Assembly: GCA_965203905.1 (NCBI GenBank)
Contig: CBDBDQ010000005.1
Span: 7,360,001 to 7,424,000, forward strand
Reading direction: 5' to 3'
DNA: 64,000 bases
DNA from: Spirochaetia bacterium
Lineage (GTDB): Bacteria > Spirochaetota > Spirochaetia > SZUA-6 > Bin103
Position numbers and translations under genes: made by a program. Under the pieces are notes generated by a model. The model searched no databases. It was not told where the DNA came from and was given only the letters and a program-made list of their open reading frames with translations. Shown in pieces: positions 9,321 through 20,946 of the stretch (the first letter of the stretch is position 1; every line of letters begins with the position of its first letter).

Positions 9321-10144
9321 TGTCGGCGCCCGGAAATCGGCCGCCTCCCGGCGGCACGGCAGCGGCGCTGACCTATCTCGTCATCATGTTCCTGTTCGAT
9401 GAGCTGCGCCTCGCCCTGGTAATGCGCTGGGGTCCGCATCGGCGGCAGCGAGTGGAGCGCTTCATGGCGATTCAGGGCCGGCGCATGCTGGCCACGGTGA
9501 ATCGCCTGTGCGGCCTGCGCTACTCCTTCGACACCGGTGGTGCAGGGTCCCTGCCGCGCCGCTTCATTCTGGTTACCAACCATCAGAGCCTGGCGGACAT
9601 CCTGATGCTGATAGCGGCGTTTCCGCGCCATCCGCTGAAATTCGTCGCCAAGCGTGAGCTGCAGCGCGGCATTCCCACCCTCTCGAAGTGCCTGCGCTAC
9701 GGCTGCCACGCCATCATCGACCGCACCGGAGCGCTGCATCGCACCCGCCGTGCCCTGGTCAGGCTCACCCGGCTCGATCGGCGGCCGCTGCCGCCGGACT
9801 CCCCGTTTCCGCCCTGCAGCCTGGCGTTGTTTCCGGAGGGAACGCGGTCCCGCGACGGCCGCGTCGGAGCGTTTCACCGCGCCGGGATGCGGATCCTCGC
9901 GGAGCAAACCGGGCTGCCGGTAGTGGTGGCCGCGCTGGACGGCGGCACCGGCATCTCCCGTCTCCACACCCTGCGCAACCTCAGCGGCGTCCACTATCGG
10001 GTGAAGGTGCTGGAGATCCTTGCGCCGGCCCTGGACCGGCGCGCGGTGACGGAGGTGCTGGGCAGGGCGCGGCAGGCCATTGCCAGCCAGGTAGCGTCCT
10101 GGCGGGGCGACGCTGCCGGCGAGCCGGCCGTGGCACCGAGGTAG
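9320..10144 (+). CDS. Lysophospholipid acyltransferase family protein (PlsC-like)
   Basis: NHQSLAD (HX4D), FVAKREL and FPEGTRS motifs; TGATG coupling to the upstream gene. Confidence 0.9.
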   Translation: MSAPGNRPPPGGTAAALTYLVIMFLFDELRLALVMRWGPHRRQRVERFMAIQGRRMLATVNRLCGLRYSFDTGGAGSLPRRFILVTNHQSLADILMLIAAFPRHPLKFVAKRELQRGIPTLSKCLRYGCHAIIDRTGALHRTRRALVRLTRLDRRPLPPDSPFPPCSLALFPEGTRSRDGRVGAFHRAGMRILAEQTGLPVVVAALDGGTGISRLHTLRNLSGVHYRVKVLEILAPALDRRAVTEVLGRARQAIASQVASWRGDAAGEPAVAPR

Positions 10145-10152
10145 TCGACCTG

Positions 10153-10181
10153 GCAGGTAGCCGGCGGCTCGGCCTACCTGC
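10153..10181. terminator. Stem-loop between convergent genes (possible bidirectional terminator or 3' stabiliser)
   Basis: GCAGGTAG...CTACCTGC perfect 8-bp outer stem; no U-tract on either side. Confidence 0.45.
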
Positions 10182-10190
10182 AACGGCCGG

Positions 10191-11225
10191 TCAGCGTACC
10201 GCGGCGCCGCCGCGCGAACTGGCCACGATGGACAGGAACTGCCGCGGGTTCACCACCTGCTCCGCGATCCGCACCTCGTAGTGCAGGTGAGGCCCGGTCG
10301 ACAGTCCGGTACTCCCCAGGTAGCCCAGCACCGCACCCCGTTCCACCTGCTGCCCCGGCTGCACCAGGGGTCTCTGATTCAGGTGTCCGTACACCGTGAC
10401 GAAGCCGTACTTGTGCTTGATGACCACGAAGTGGCCGAGGTTGTAGGGCTCGTACGCGACGCGCTGCACCTTGCCATTGGCGGTGGCCACCACCTCGGTG
10501 CCGCGCAGCCAGGCGATGTCGATGCCCTTGTGGATGGCCCAGCGCCGGGTGTAGGGGTGGATTCGGGGTCCGAAGTCGGAGGTGATGTACCCCTTGCCGG
10601 CCTGAATCGGCCACAGGCTGGGGATATCCACCAGCAGCTCCTTCTGCGCCAGCAGTGCGTTCTCGATCTCTCGCAGGGGTCCGATGGCGCCTTCCAGATA
10701 GGCGCGCAGGCTGCGCAGCTCGGTCAGGCTGCGAACGTCGTTGGCGATTACCAGCGACTCGCTCACGAACGAGGCAAGGTCGCCGCCTACGCCGCCGGTC
10801 AGGTAGCCGCGCGCCGTGTCGGTGCCAACCACGTTGAGCACGCTCTCCAGCGACTGGCGGAACTCGGTAACCACCCGCTGCAGTTCTTTCACCTCGTCAC
10901 CGATGCTCTCGACGGCGGCCTCGCTGGCGGCCAGAGAACGGCTTTCGGCCAGAAACCGCTCGTGGGTGTGCGTGAAGTCGGTGGACAGGGCAACGAACAC
11001 CACCAGCACGGCGGCCAGCAGCAGCCCCGCAAACACCAGCCCGACCAGCGACAGGCGCAGGTTGAAGATCTTCCGCTCCGAGTGCGGAATGATCATCACG
11101 GTGAACTTCTGGTTGCCGAGCCGTACCAGTCCGCGCCAGACGTTCGAAACGAAACGGGCCGCGCTTCCGGCCCGACTTCGAGCCGCGTTCACCGCGCGTA
11201 CTTCGGCCGCCTTGTACCGCTGCAC
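10191..11225 (-). CDS. M23-family metallopeptidase (membrane-anchored, coiled-coil stalk)
   Basis: HKGID and HLHYE zinc motifs, STGPHLH; TVMIIPHS...TM segment at the N-terminus. Start put at GTG 11225; the ORF is open to 11333. Confidence 0.9.
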   Translation of the reverse strand: MQRYKAAEVRAVNAARSRAGSAARFVSNVWRGLVRLGNQKFTVMIIPHSERKIFNLRLSLVGLVFAGLLLAAVLVVFVALSTDFTHTHERFLAESRSLAASEAAVESIGDEVKELQRVVTEFRQSLESVLNVVGTDTARGYLTGGVGGDLASFVSESLVIANDVRSLTELRSLRAYLEGAIGPLREIENALLAQKELLVDIPSLWPIQAGKGYITSDFGPRIHPYTRRWAIHKGIDIAWLRGTEVVATANGKVQRVAYEPYNLGHFVVIKHKYGFVTVYGHLNQRPLVQPGQQVERGAVLGYLGSTGLSTGPHLHYEVRIAEQVVNPRQFLSIVASSRGGAAVR

Positions 11226-11392
11226 CGCGCCGGGGTGCGCCTCGGACGGGGATGTGGGGGAGTGCTGGCGGCGGATCACCGGATATCGTTGACGATGCTG
11301 CGACGGAGGGTTACGCTTGGCCCGGTTCGGCAACGGCAGGCCACCCCCGCGTGGCTACGCGGGGGCCCACTATCTTCTCCCGATTGAGCAAC

Positions 11393-12169
11393 ATGCGATT
11401 CTTCGATACCCATGCACATATCGGCCTGATCCACGACGACCCGGTCGAACAGCTTATCATCTGCGAGGAAGCGAAACAAGCCGGAGTATGCGGCATTTTG
11501 AGCATATCCAGCAACTTACGCGATTTCTCGATCATTCATGACAACCTGAGAAGCCTCTCGCACATCCACTACGGAGTCGGCATCGCCCCCTCCGAGGTGG
11601 GCACCCTCAACGGAGACTGGGAAGGGTTGGTGGAGGAACACGCCCAGCGCGAGCGGGTCGTGGCGATCGGCGAGATCGGGCTCGACTACTTCCGCAAGTA
11701 CGGCGATCGCGACTCCCAGGTGGAGTTGTTCGTGCGGCAACTGGAAGTGGCGGAACGGCTGCACCTCCCCGTGGTCATTCACAACCGGGATGCGGGTGGG
11801 GACACCCTGCAGATCCTGCGCGACAAGCTGCCGTCGCGCGGCGGCGTGCTGCACTGCTACTCCGAGGACAGCGACTATGCGCGCAAGGCTCTGGAGCTCA
11901 ACCTGTTCATCTCGTTCGCCGGCAATGTCACCTACCGCAACGCCCGCAACCTGCACGACACCCTGAAGCAGATTCCGGTCGAGCGCATGCTGATCGAGAC
12001 GGAGTCGCCGTTCATGGTCCCCTCCGCCCACCGCGGGAAGCGCAACCGGCCGGCCTACATCGCCGACACCGCGCACTTCATCGCGCAACAGCGCAGCATG
12101 GACGTGGAGGAACTGGCCGAGGTGCTGTACCAGAACAGTCTCACGTTCTTCGCCCTGGACGGCGCCTGA
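11393..12169 (+). CDS. tatD: TatD-family hydrolase
   Basis: DTHAH, AIGEIGLDY, VIHNR, VLHCYS and ETESP motifs; ATG at 11393. Confidence 0.92.
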   Translation: MRFFDTHAHIGLIHDDPVEQLIICEEAKQAGVCGILSISSNLRDFSIIHDNLRSLSHIHYGVGIAPSEVGTLNGDWEGLVEEHAQRERVVAIGEIGLDYFRKYGDRDSQVELFVRQLEVAERLHLPVVIHNRDAGGDTLQILRDKLPSRGGVLHCYSEDSDYARKALELNLFISFAGNVTYRNARNLHDTLKQIPVERMLIETESPFMVPSAHRGKRNRPAYIADTAHFIAQQRSMDVEELAEVLYQNSLTFFALDGA

Positions 12170-12180
12170 GCGTCGCCGCC

Positions 12181-13437
12181 GTGCGCGTCCTGGTAGTGGG
12201 CAGCGGCGCCCGCGAACACGCGCTGGCGTGGAAGCTCGCAGCCGCCGCCGGCGTGCAGTCGGTGTGGACCGCCCCCGGCAACGCCGGCACCGCCGAGGTG
12301 GGCCGCAACCTGCCGCAGGTGGCGGCTGAGGACGGCGCCGCCCTCAGCGCGGCGGCGCGGAGCCAGGCCATCGATCTGGCGGTGATCGGCCCCGACGACG
12401 CGCTGGCGGCGGGCGTCGCCGACCGCCTGCGCGCGGCCGGTGTGGCGGTAGTCGGGCCGTCCGCCGCCGAGGCGCGCCTGGAGAGCAGCAAGGCGTTCTG
12501 CAAGTCGTTCCTGATCCGCCATGGAATCCCGACGGCCCAGGCGACGGAACTGCACGACCGGGAGGAACTGCAACGCCACCTGCGCTCCCGCAGCGGTCCG
12601 GTGGTGCTCAAGATGGATGGACTGGCGCAGGGCAAGGGCGTGCTGGTCTCCGACGACGGCGCCGCCCTGCTGCGTTTCGGACACGCCGCGCTGGCCCGCG
12701 GCACGGTGCTGGCGGAGGAGTTTCTGAGCGGCTACGAGGTGTCGCTGTTCCTGCTGCTCGACGGCACCTGCGCCGTGGCCCTGCCACTGTGCTCCGATTT
12801 CAAGCGCGCGGGGACCGGAGACACCGGACCCAACACCGGCGGCATGGGGGCGATATGTCCCGTGCCGTGGGTGGACGCGGCGCTGGCGGCACGCATCGAC
12901 CGGGAGATCACCCAGCCCACGGTACGCGGCCTGCAACAGGACGGCCTGCGGTATCGGGGCGTCCTGTACATCGGCCTGATGATTACCAGCGCCGGTCCCA
13001 AGGTGCTGGAGTTCAACGTGCGTCTGGGAGACCCCGAGGCCCAGGTGCTGCTGCCGCTCCTGACCACCGACGCCGGCGAGCTGATGGCGGCGGTGGCCAC
13101 CGGCACCCTGTCGCAGGTCGAGGTGACCTGCAGCAACCGCAGCGCGGTGACCGTGGTGGTGGCGGCGCAAGGCTATCCGGGAAGCTACGAGAAGGGCTTG
13201 ACAGTGGCGTCCCTGCCGGCCGCCGACCGCCGCGGCGTCGTGTTCCATGCCACCACCTCCCGCGACGGCGGCACCCTGCGCACCGGCGGCGGGCGCAGCT
13301 TCGCCGTGACCGGCCTGGGCCAGGACCTGGCCACCGCACAGGCCAACGCCTACGAGCTGGTGCGGCAGGTTCGCTTCCCCGGCGCCTGGTGGCGCACCGA
13401 CATCGGCACCCGCTTCCTCACCCCGGCGCCCGCCTGA
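12181..13437 (+). CDS. purD: Phosphoribosylamine--glycine ligase
   Basis: VLVVGSGAREHAL, LESSKAFCK, DGLAQGKGV, GPNTGGMG and EFNVRLGDPE. Confidence 0.96.
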   Translation: MRVLVVGSGAREHALAWKLAAAAGVQSVWTAPGNAGTAEVGRNLPQVAAEDGAALSAAARSQAIDLAVIGPDDALAAGVADRLRAAGVAVVGPSAAEARLESSKAFCKSFLIRHGIPTAQATELHDREELQRHLRSRSGPVVLKMDGLAQGKGVLVSDDGAALLRFGHAALARGTVLAEEFLSGYEVSLFLLLDGTCAVALPLCSDFKRAGTGDTGPNTGGMGAICPVPWVDAALAARIDREITQPTVRGLQQDGLRYRGVLYIGLMITSAGPKVLEFNVRLGDPEAQVLLPLLTTDAGELMAAVATGTLSQVEVTCSNRSAVTVVVAAQGYPGSYEKGLTVASLPAADRRGVVFHATTSRDGGTLRTGGGRSFAVTGLGQDLATAQANAYELVRQVRFPGAWWRTDIGTRFLTPAPA

Positions 13438-13444
13438 CGGCGCC

Positions 13445-14350
13445 TCAGCGGCGCGCGGCCGCCGCGGCAGCGCGCCGCTGGCGGCGCACTTCGTACATCA
13501 GGATACCCGCCGCGACCCCCACGTTCAGGGACTCCACCTGGCCGGCGGTGGGGATTCGCACCAGGTGATCGCAGCGGCTGCGCACCAGCGCATGCAGGCC
13601 ACCGCCTTCGGCGCCCACCACCAGGGCCACGCGCGGGGGAAACCGCACCTGGTCGAGCGGGTCTCCCTTCAGGTCGGCACCGTAGATCCAGCATCCGAAG
13701 GCCTTGAGCTGGGCCAGCGCGGCCGCGACGTTGGCCACGGTGACGGTGGCCACGTGGGCCGCAGCGCCGGCCGACATTCGCATTACCGTGTCGGTGACGC
13801 GCGCCGCGCGGCGCCGCGGAACCAGCACCAGGTCGGCCGCGAACTGGTCTGCGCTGCGGGTAATGCTGCCCAGGTTCGCGGGATCGGTGACGCCGTCGGC
13901 CACCACCGCCAGCACCTCCGGCCGCTGCGCCAGCGCCGCCAGGTGCTCGCGCAACCCCTCGCGGCCGGCTCCTGCGCCCGCCGCGGCGGTGCGCGCCGCC
14001 TCCGCACCATCCCCCGCGCCGCCGCGGCCTGGCCCGGAACCGCGGGCGGGGCCGTCCGCCGGCACGCGCGGAGCACCTCCCGCGGCCACCCGATCCGGTG
14101 CCCGCGGCGCACCGGCCGGTGCGGTGATCAGGGCCACCCCGCGGTGGGCGGGACTGCCGCACCGGGCGGACAGCTCCGCAACGGTAACCGAACGCACGGA
14201 GATGCCGAGCGCCTGCGCCTGTCCCCTCAGCCTGCGCAGGGCGGCGTTGTCGCGCGCCAGCAGCAGCGTCAGTCCCGCCTGCCCGCCCCGCCGTTCGGTG
14301 CGAAGCCGGCGCAGCAGCTCCGCCACCGGATGCACGCCGTACAGCAACAC
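13445..14350 (-). CDS. rlmB: 23S rRNA (guanosine-2'-O)-methyltransferase, TrmH/SPOUT family
   Basis: LYGVHPV substrate-binding domain, HRGV, DPANLGSITRS, GAEGGG and ESLNVGVAAG; about 45-aa Gly/Ala/Arg-rich interdomain insert. Confidence 0.85.
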   Translation of the reverse strand: MLLYGVHPVAELLRRLRTERRGGQAGLTLLLARDNAALRRLRGQAQALGISVRSVTVAELSARCGSPAHRGVALITAPAGAPRAPDRVAAGGAPRVPADGPARGSGPGRGGAGDGAEAARTAAAGAGAGREGLREHLAALAQRPEVLAVVADGVTDPANLGSITRSADQFAADLVLVPRRRAARVTDTVMRMSAGAAAHVATVTVANVAAALAQLKAFGCWIYGADLKGDPLDQVRFPPRVALVVGAEGGGLHALVRSRCDHLVRIPTAGQVESLNVGVAAGILMYEVRRQRRAAAAAARR

Positions 14351-14363
14351 CTGCAGCCGTCCG

Positions 14364-15287
14364 TTATTGCTGCTTGCGGAACACCAGCACGTTCTGGTGC
14401 ACCAGCGAGGGGATGTAGCGATAGCGGTAGCCGTAGATGTGGAGCTTCTTGGACACGTCGTACCAGATCAGGTTGGCCTGCCACGCCAGCGGCTCGATGC
14501 TGCTGAGCACCGCCGCCAACTCGGCCGACAGCGCGTGGTAGGCACCGTCAGCGTACATGTCGCCGATGAAGGAGAGCAGATAGCCGCCGTTCTTGAGACG
14601 GGCTGCGGCGAGGCGGAACACCTGCTCCATGGCCGCCAGCCAGGCCGCCTTGTCGGGATAGCCGGAGGCGCTGCCGAACTCACCCAGGCGCGTGGCAGGC
14701 GCCGGCCGCGCCCGCTCCCCCACCCGCTTGTAACTGCCCTTGGAACGCCGCGCGACATCCATGTTCCAGTACGGGACATCCGTGAGCACCAGGTCGAAGG
14801 GCCCGGCTATCTGCTCCAGCACGGTGCCGGCGTCGCCCACCCGCGTAGTCAGCTCCCGGATCCCTTCGCGGCGACACACTTCGCGGTAGATCTCGATCCA
14901 GCGCGGGTTGATCTCCACGCCCACCGCGCTCCGTCCCGCCTGCGCCGCTCCCAACAGCACGCCTCCCACCCCCATGAACGGATCGAGCACCCGCTGTCCA
15001 CGCTTGCTGAACACGCGAATCAGGTCGGCACACAGATCGGGTGGCTTCTGTCCGCCGTGGGCGCGGCGCAGGGCATGCTGGCAGTTCGCCGGGTAGGGCC
15101 GGTTGATCACCGACCGGGTCCAGTACAGCCACTCGCGGCCGGTAAGGTCGTTGAGCCGGTTGTGCGGTGAGTAGTAGCCGCGGCTGCGCCCCTGGTCGTC
15201 GAACAGCTCCTGGGGGGAGGCCTCACCGCCACCGGTTCCGACCGGCTCGGGGAACAGCTCGTGCTGTCCGCTCTCCGCTTCAGCCAC
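14364..15287 (-). CDS. SAM-dependent amino-methyltransferase (N4/N6 DNA methylase or Trm11-like), orphan
   Basis: H..QKP..L...LI, motif I VLDPFMGVG, GVEIN and motif IV LTDVPY. Confidence 0.8.
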   Translation of the reverse strand: MAEAESGQHELFPEPVGTGGGEASPQELFDDQGRSRGYYSPHNRLNDLTGREWLYWTRSVINRPYPANCQHALRRAHGGQKPPDLCADLIRVFSKRGQRVLDPFMGVGGVLLGAAQAGRSAVGVEINPRWIEIYREVCRREGIRELTTRVGDAGTVLEQIAGPFDLVLTDVPYWNMDVARRSKGSYKRVGERARPAPATRLGEFGSASGYPDKAAWLAAMEQVFRLAAARLKNGGYLLSFIGDMYADGAYHALSAELAAVLSSIEPLAWQANLIWYDVSKKLHIYGYRYRYIPSLVHQNVLVFRKQQ

Positions 15288-15299
15288 GGCGTTCCCGCT

Positions 15300-16643
15300 T
15301 CACGCCGCCTGCCGCGGCATCGTGATGCGGAAGCAGCTGCCTCCGGGAAGCGGGTGGTAGGTCAAGGTGCCCCCGTTGCGCTCCACCAGGCGGCGCGCGA
15401 GGTGCAGTCCCAGGCCGGTGCCGGAACCCGTGGTGTACCCCCACTCGAACAGGCGTGCGGCGGCCTCGGGGGCCACGCCCCCGGCCGCGTCGGTCACCTC
15501 CAGTATGCACCGCTCGGGGGTGACCCGTCCGCCAACCGTCACCGTGCCGCCCCCCGGAACCTCTTGCGCGGTGATCTGCGCCCCGTTCTGAATCAGATTC
15601 AGCAGCGCCAGCAGCAACTCCCGCTTACGGGCGACCACCGTGAGGGTCGGCGGCACCTGCAGATCCACGGTCACGCGCTCGGCCTGAAACGAGGCCGTCA
15701 CCATCCCCAGCATCTGCCTGAGTTGCTCGCGTACCGCGACCTCGGTGCGCCGCTCCGGGCCGCCGCGCAACACGGTGGCAAGCATCTCATTGATCCCCGC
15801 GACCCCTGCGCCCACGTGGCTGCTGATGAGTCGCAGGGCACGCGTCGCGTCAGGCTGAGCCGTGGCGTCCAGCCCCCACTCGGCCGTGGTCTTGATGTGA
15901 GACAGAATGTTCCTGAACTCGTGGGCTACGCCGGCGGTGAGGTAACCGACGGTCTCGAGGCGATTTTGCAGCAGCAGGTTCTCTTCAGCGGTCTCCAGCC
16001 GGCGGCGCAGCCGCTGCAGGCGCCGCATCTGGCCGCTGAGACCGGCGCCGGGGGCCCCGCGCAGGTAGTCCAGCTGGGCGAGGAAAAAACCCGAACCGAG
16101 CGCCACCAGGCCGACGCCGGCCACGGCGAGGGAGAGCGCCGGGGCGCCCAGGAGCTGCACCAGCTGGTCGGCCATCGATCCCGCTACCGGCAGCAGGCCG
16201 GTGCCGCAGAGGTACCAGTCGGCGGCCCCCTTGCGCAGGTGGCGCCGGCCGCACAGCCGACGCCACGGGTAGATCGCGAGGGCCGCAATGCACGCCATGG
16301 GAACCAGCCAGCGGTAGGTCCCCCACCAACCGATTACCAGGCACCCCAGCACCACGCCGTTCGCCGCCGCCGCGAGCAGGTGCCAACCGGGCGCCACCCG
16401 CTCGCCGTCACGCGCGGTGAGGTACGCGCCGGCCACCCACAGCAACAGACCGGTGGCCGGCAGACCCGCCGGTCCGCTGGCCGGAGCGAGGGTGACACAC
16501 AGCATGGCGCCGAGAAAGATGATGAACCAGACCGCCTCGGCGCGACGCGGTGCGGCGCGGGTACGCAGCGCCGCCACCACGACCTGGGAGCAGAGCAACG
16601 CGGCCACGGCTGCGCTTGCCGCAAGAGCTGCGGCGCCGGGCAT
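15300..16643 (-). CDS. Multi-TM sensor histidine kinase
   Basis: Hydrophobic N-terminal half; H-box AHEFRN, N-box LNLIQNG, G2 GTGLGL. Confidence 0.88.
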   Translation of the reverse strand: MPGAAALAASAAVAALLCSQVVVAALRTRAAPRRAEAVWFIIFLGAMLCVTLAPASGPAGLPATGLLLWVAGAYLTARDGERVAPGWHLLAAAANGVVLGCLVIGWWGTYRWLVPMACIAALAIYPWRRLCGRRHLRKGAADWYLCGTGLLPVAGSMADQLVQLLGAPALSLAVAGVGLVALGSGFFLAQLDYLRGAPGAGLSGQMRRLQRLRRRLETAEENLLLQNRLETVGYLTAGVAHEFRNILSHIKTTAEWGLDATAQPDATRALRLISSHVGAGVAGINEMLATVLRGGPERRTEVAVREQLRQMLGMVTASFQAERVTVDLQVPPTLTVVARKRELLLALLNLIQNGAQITAQEVPGGGTVTVGGRVTPERCILEVTDAAGGVAPEAAARLFEWGYTTGSGTGLGLHLARRLVERNGGTLTYHPLPGGSCFRITMPRQAA

Positions 16644-16648
16644 CGCGA

Positions 16649-17776
16649 CTACTCGAGTTCGGACAGGGGGACGGGTTGCGGGGTGCTGTCGTCCGCCACG
16701 ACGCGGGCGAATTCCTCCAGGAGACCGCGCGCCCGTGCCGGCATCTTGTCCGGAACCTTGACCAGTACCCGGATGTAGAGGTTGCCCCGGCGATTGCGCT
16801 CGCCCCGGTAGGGAACGCCCTCGTTGCGCAACCGCAGCATCTTGCCGTTCTGGGTGCCGGCCGGAATCTTGACCTTGACGCGCCGTCGATCCAGGGTGGG
16901 GACCACGATCTCCGCACCCAGCGCGGCCTGGACGATACCCACCCGGATCACGCAGTACAGGTCGTTGCCATGGCGCTCGAAGAACTCGTGCGGCTGGATG
17001 TGGATGTATACGTACAGGTCGCCGGGCGGCCGGCTGCCGGCGGCTCCATCGCCCTCACCGGGAATCTGAATCCGCTTGCCCGGCTCGATGCCGGCCGGAA
17101 TGGTGATCTTGATGCGCCGGTTGCGGCGCTGGCGGCCGCTGCCGCGACAGTGCTGGCACGGGTGCTCGACGACGTCGCCGGCACCTTCGCACTGCGGGCA
17201 GGTTGACGCGATCGAGAAGAACCCCGAACTGCGCCGCACCTGGCCGCTGCCGCCACAGCTCGGACAGATGGTACGCCGCGCCCCTCCGGCGACTCCGGTA
17301 CCGTGGCACGGATCGCAGGCCTCATGACGGGTAAACGTGATCTCGGCATCGCTGCCGAACACCGCATCGGCGAACGCCACCTCCAGGTCGTAGCGCAAAT
17401 CGTCGCCGCGCATGGCACCGTGGCGGGCCCCGGGAGAACGCCGCCGGCCACCTCCGAACAGCGAATCGAAGATGCCCCCGAAGTCTCCGAAGATGTCCTC
17501 GAAATCGCGGAACACATGGGAAAAGTCCTGCGCTCCCCCACCGCGCATACCATCCACGCCGGCGAATCCGAACTGGTCGTAAGCCTGCCGCTTACGAGTA
17601 TCGGAGAGCACGTCGTAGGCTTCGGTCGCCTCTTTGAATTTCTCCTCGGCGGCGTGGTCGCCGGGATTCCGGTCGGGGTGATAGCGGATCGCGAGTTTGC
17701 GGTACGCCTTCTTTACGTCATCGAGGGCAGCGCTCTTGTCGACCCCAAGTACTTCGTAGTAATCCCGCTTGGCCAC
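16649..17776 (-). CDS. dnaJ: Chaperone DnaJ
   Basis: J-domain HPD, G/F region, four CxxCxGxG repeats. Confidence 0.98.
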   Translation of the reverse strand: MAKRDYYEVLGVDKSAALDDVKKAYRKLAIRYHPDRNPGDHAAEEKFKEATEAYDVLSDTRKRQAYDQFGFAGVDGMRGGGAQDFSHVFRDFEDIFGDFGGIFDSLFGGGRRRSPGARHGAMRGDDLRYDLEVAFADAVFGSDAEITFTRHEACDPCHGTGVAGGARRTICPSCGGSGQVRRSSGFFSIASTCPQCEGAGDVVEHPCQHCRGSGRQRRNRRIKITIPAGIEPGKRIQIPGEGDGAAGSRPPGDLYVYIHIQPHEFFERHGNDLYCVIRVGIVQAALGAEIVVPTLDRRRVKVKIPAGTQNGKMLRLRNEGVPYRGERNRRGNLYIRVLVKVPDKMPARARGLLEEFARVVADDSTPQPVPLSELE

Positions 17777-17807
17777 CCGCTCACGATCCTGCCGGGAGCA
17801 AGCCCGG

Positions 17808-19802
<1,995 letters not shown>

Positions 19803-19807
19803 ACTTG

Positions 19808-20713
19808 CTAAGCTCCTTCCTCCAGACTGGCCTCGGTGTCGGCGGGCGAACCGCTGTCGGCGGCGGAACCCCGGTCGGTCGGTGAACCGTCGGCCGGTGA
19901 TCCATTGTCGCCGGCGGCTCGCTCCAGCGGAGTGGCGACGCGCACCCGGGCTGCGCGAATCACGCGGCCATGCAGCGTGTACCCCTTCTGGTAGTCCTCG
20001 ATCACGGTCGCCTCGGTGTGCTCGGTCGAGGGTTCGGTGGCCAGTGCTTCGTGGCGCTCGGGATCGAACGGCTGGCCGGCCGAATCGAAGCGGGTCAGGC
20101 CCCACTTGCGCTGCAGGGTGCTCAAGAGCTGCTTCTCGATCAACTCGATGCCGCTGTGCAGGGTGGGGAAGTCCTCGCTCTGCGCGGCCGCCGAGATGGC
20201 CCGCTGGAAGTCATCCAGCACCGCGGTAAGATCGAGGAGCAGACCGGTATTGGCGAACTTGATCGCCTCCTCCTTGTCGCGGTTGATGCGTTTACGGAAG
20301 TTCTCGAAGTCGGCCTGCTTGCGCAGCAACTCGTCCTCCAGCGTGGCGAGCCGATCCTGGAGTTGCTCGAATTGCTCCGCCTGCGCGGTATCGGAATCCG
20401 CAGTGCCGCTACCGGCTTCGCCGGCAGTTTCCGGACCCGCGGCCTCGCCGCCGGTGGCGGCATCCCGTTCGCCAGCGCCTCGAGGCGCCGTGTCCGGTTC
20501 CGAAGCCGGGTTTGCGCCCGTTCCGGCGGGGCGGCTGTTGGCATGGCGCGTGGCGCCGGCGTCGGTATCGCTGCCTTCCGTGCCGCCCGTTCGTTCCGCT
20601 GACGCGGCACCGCCGGTCGCCTGCGAAGCCGCGCGCTGCGCCTCGTTACGACGCTTTCCCCTGGCCGAGCGGCCACCCCGCGAACCACCGTTGCCGAAAC
20701 GATTCTTCGTCAT
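19808..20713 (-). CDS. grpE: Nucleotide exchange factor GrpE with long disordered N-terminus
   Basis: [17 protein letters not shown] and [17 protein letters not shown]; immediately upstream of dnaK. Confidence 0.95.
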   Translation of the reverse strand: MTKNRFGNGGSRGGRSARGKRRNEAQRAASQATGGAASAERTGGTEGSDTDAGATRHANSRPAGTGANPASEPDTAPRGAGERDAATGGEAAGPETAGEAGSGTADSDTAQAEQFEQLQDRLATLEDELLRKQADFENFRKRINRDKEEAIKFANTGLLLDLTAVLDDFQRAISAAAQSEDFPTLHSGIELIEKQLLSTLQRKWGLTRFDSAGQPFDPERHEALATEPSTEHTEATVIEDYQKGYTLHGRVIRAARVRVATPLERAAGDNGSPADGSPTDRGSAADSGSPADTEASLEEGA

Positions 20714-20792
20714 CTGCGTAGTGCGCTACGGAGGTGAGATCAGGGAATCCATCACTCGCCCGCCTTCGGAATGACGGCTGAAGCGCAACGGT

Positions 20793-20822
20793 AAGGTAAT
20801 AACCTGCTTTCATCACGGTCAA
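20793..20822 (-). promoter_or_regulatory. Sigma70-type promoter for grpE-dnaK-dnaJ
   Basis: TTGACC-N18-TACCTT on the minus strand. Confidence 0.55.
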
Positions 20823-20905
20823 GGAGTTTCCCCGGCCGGCAGCACCCCGAAGCGAGCCCGAGATCGCTGTCAGACCGTGGCGCAACCGCGGCTGCATTCG
20901 AGCGC

Positions 20906-20946
20906 CGCTCCCGGTGCGACGCCGGGTTCGCTACGGGCTGCTAAGC
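20906..20946 (-). repeat. 41-bp dispersed repeat, copy 1 (IS-end/MITE-like)
   Basis: GCTTAGCAGCCCGTAGCGAACCCGGCGTCGCACCGGGAGCG; 37/42 aligned positions identical to copy 2; overlaps a TAG stop. Confidence 0.75.

Noticed and set aside
14364-15287. Restriction-modification or other defence island
   Set aside because: No nuclease, specificity subunit or mobile-element gene nearby; neighbours are housekeeping genes.
19803-20105. ORF-track N-terminal extensions of dnaK (also rpoA, rplQ, rplO, rplE, rpmC, rplW, rplD and the SDR)
   Set aside because: They overlap upstream genes; canonical starts with conserved N-termini lie downstream and were used instead.
20714-20940. CIRCE element or hrcA upstream of grpE
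   Set aside because: No TTAGCACTC-N9-GAGTGCTAA match and no hrcA ORF seen.
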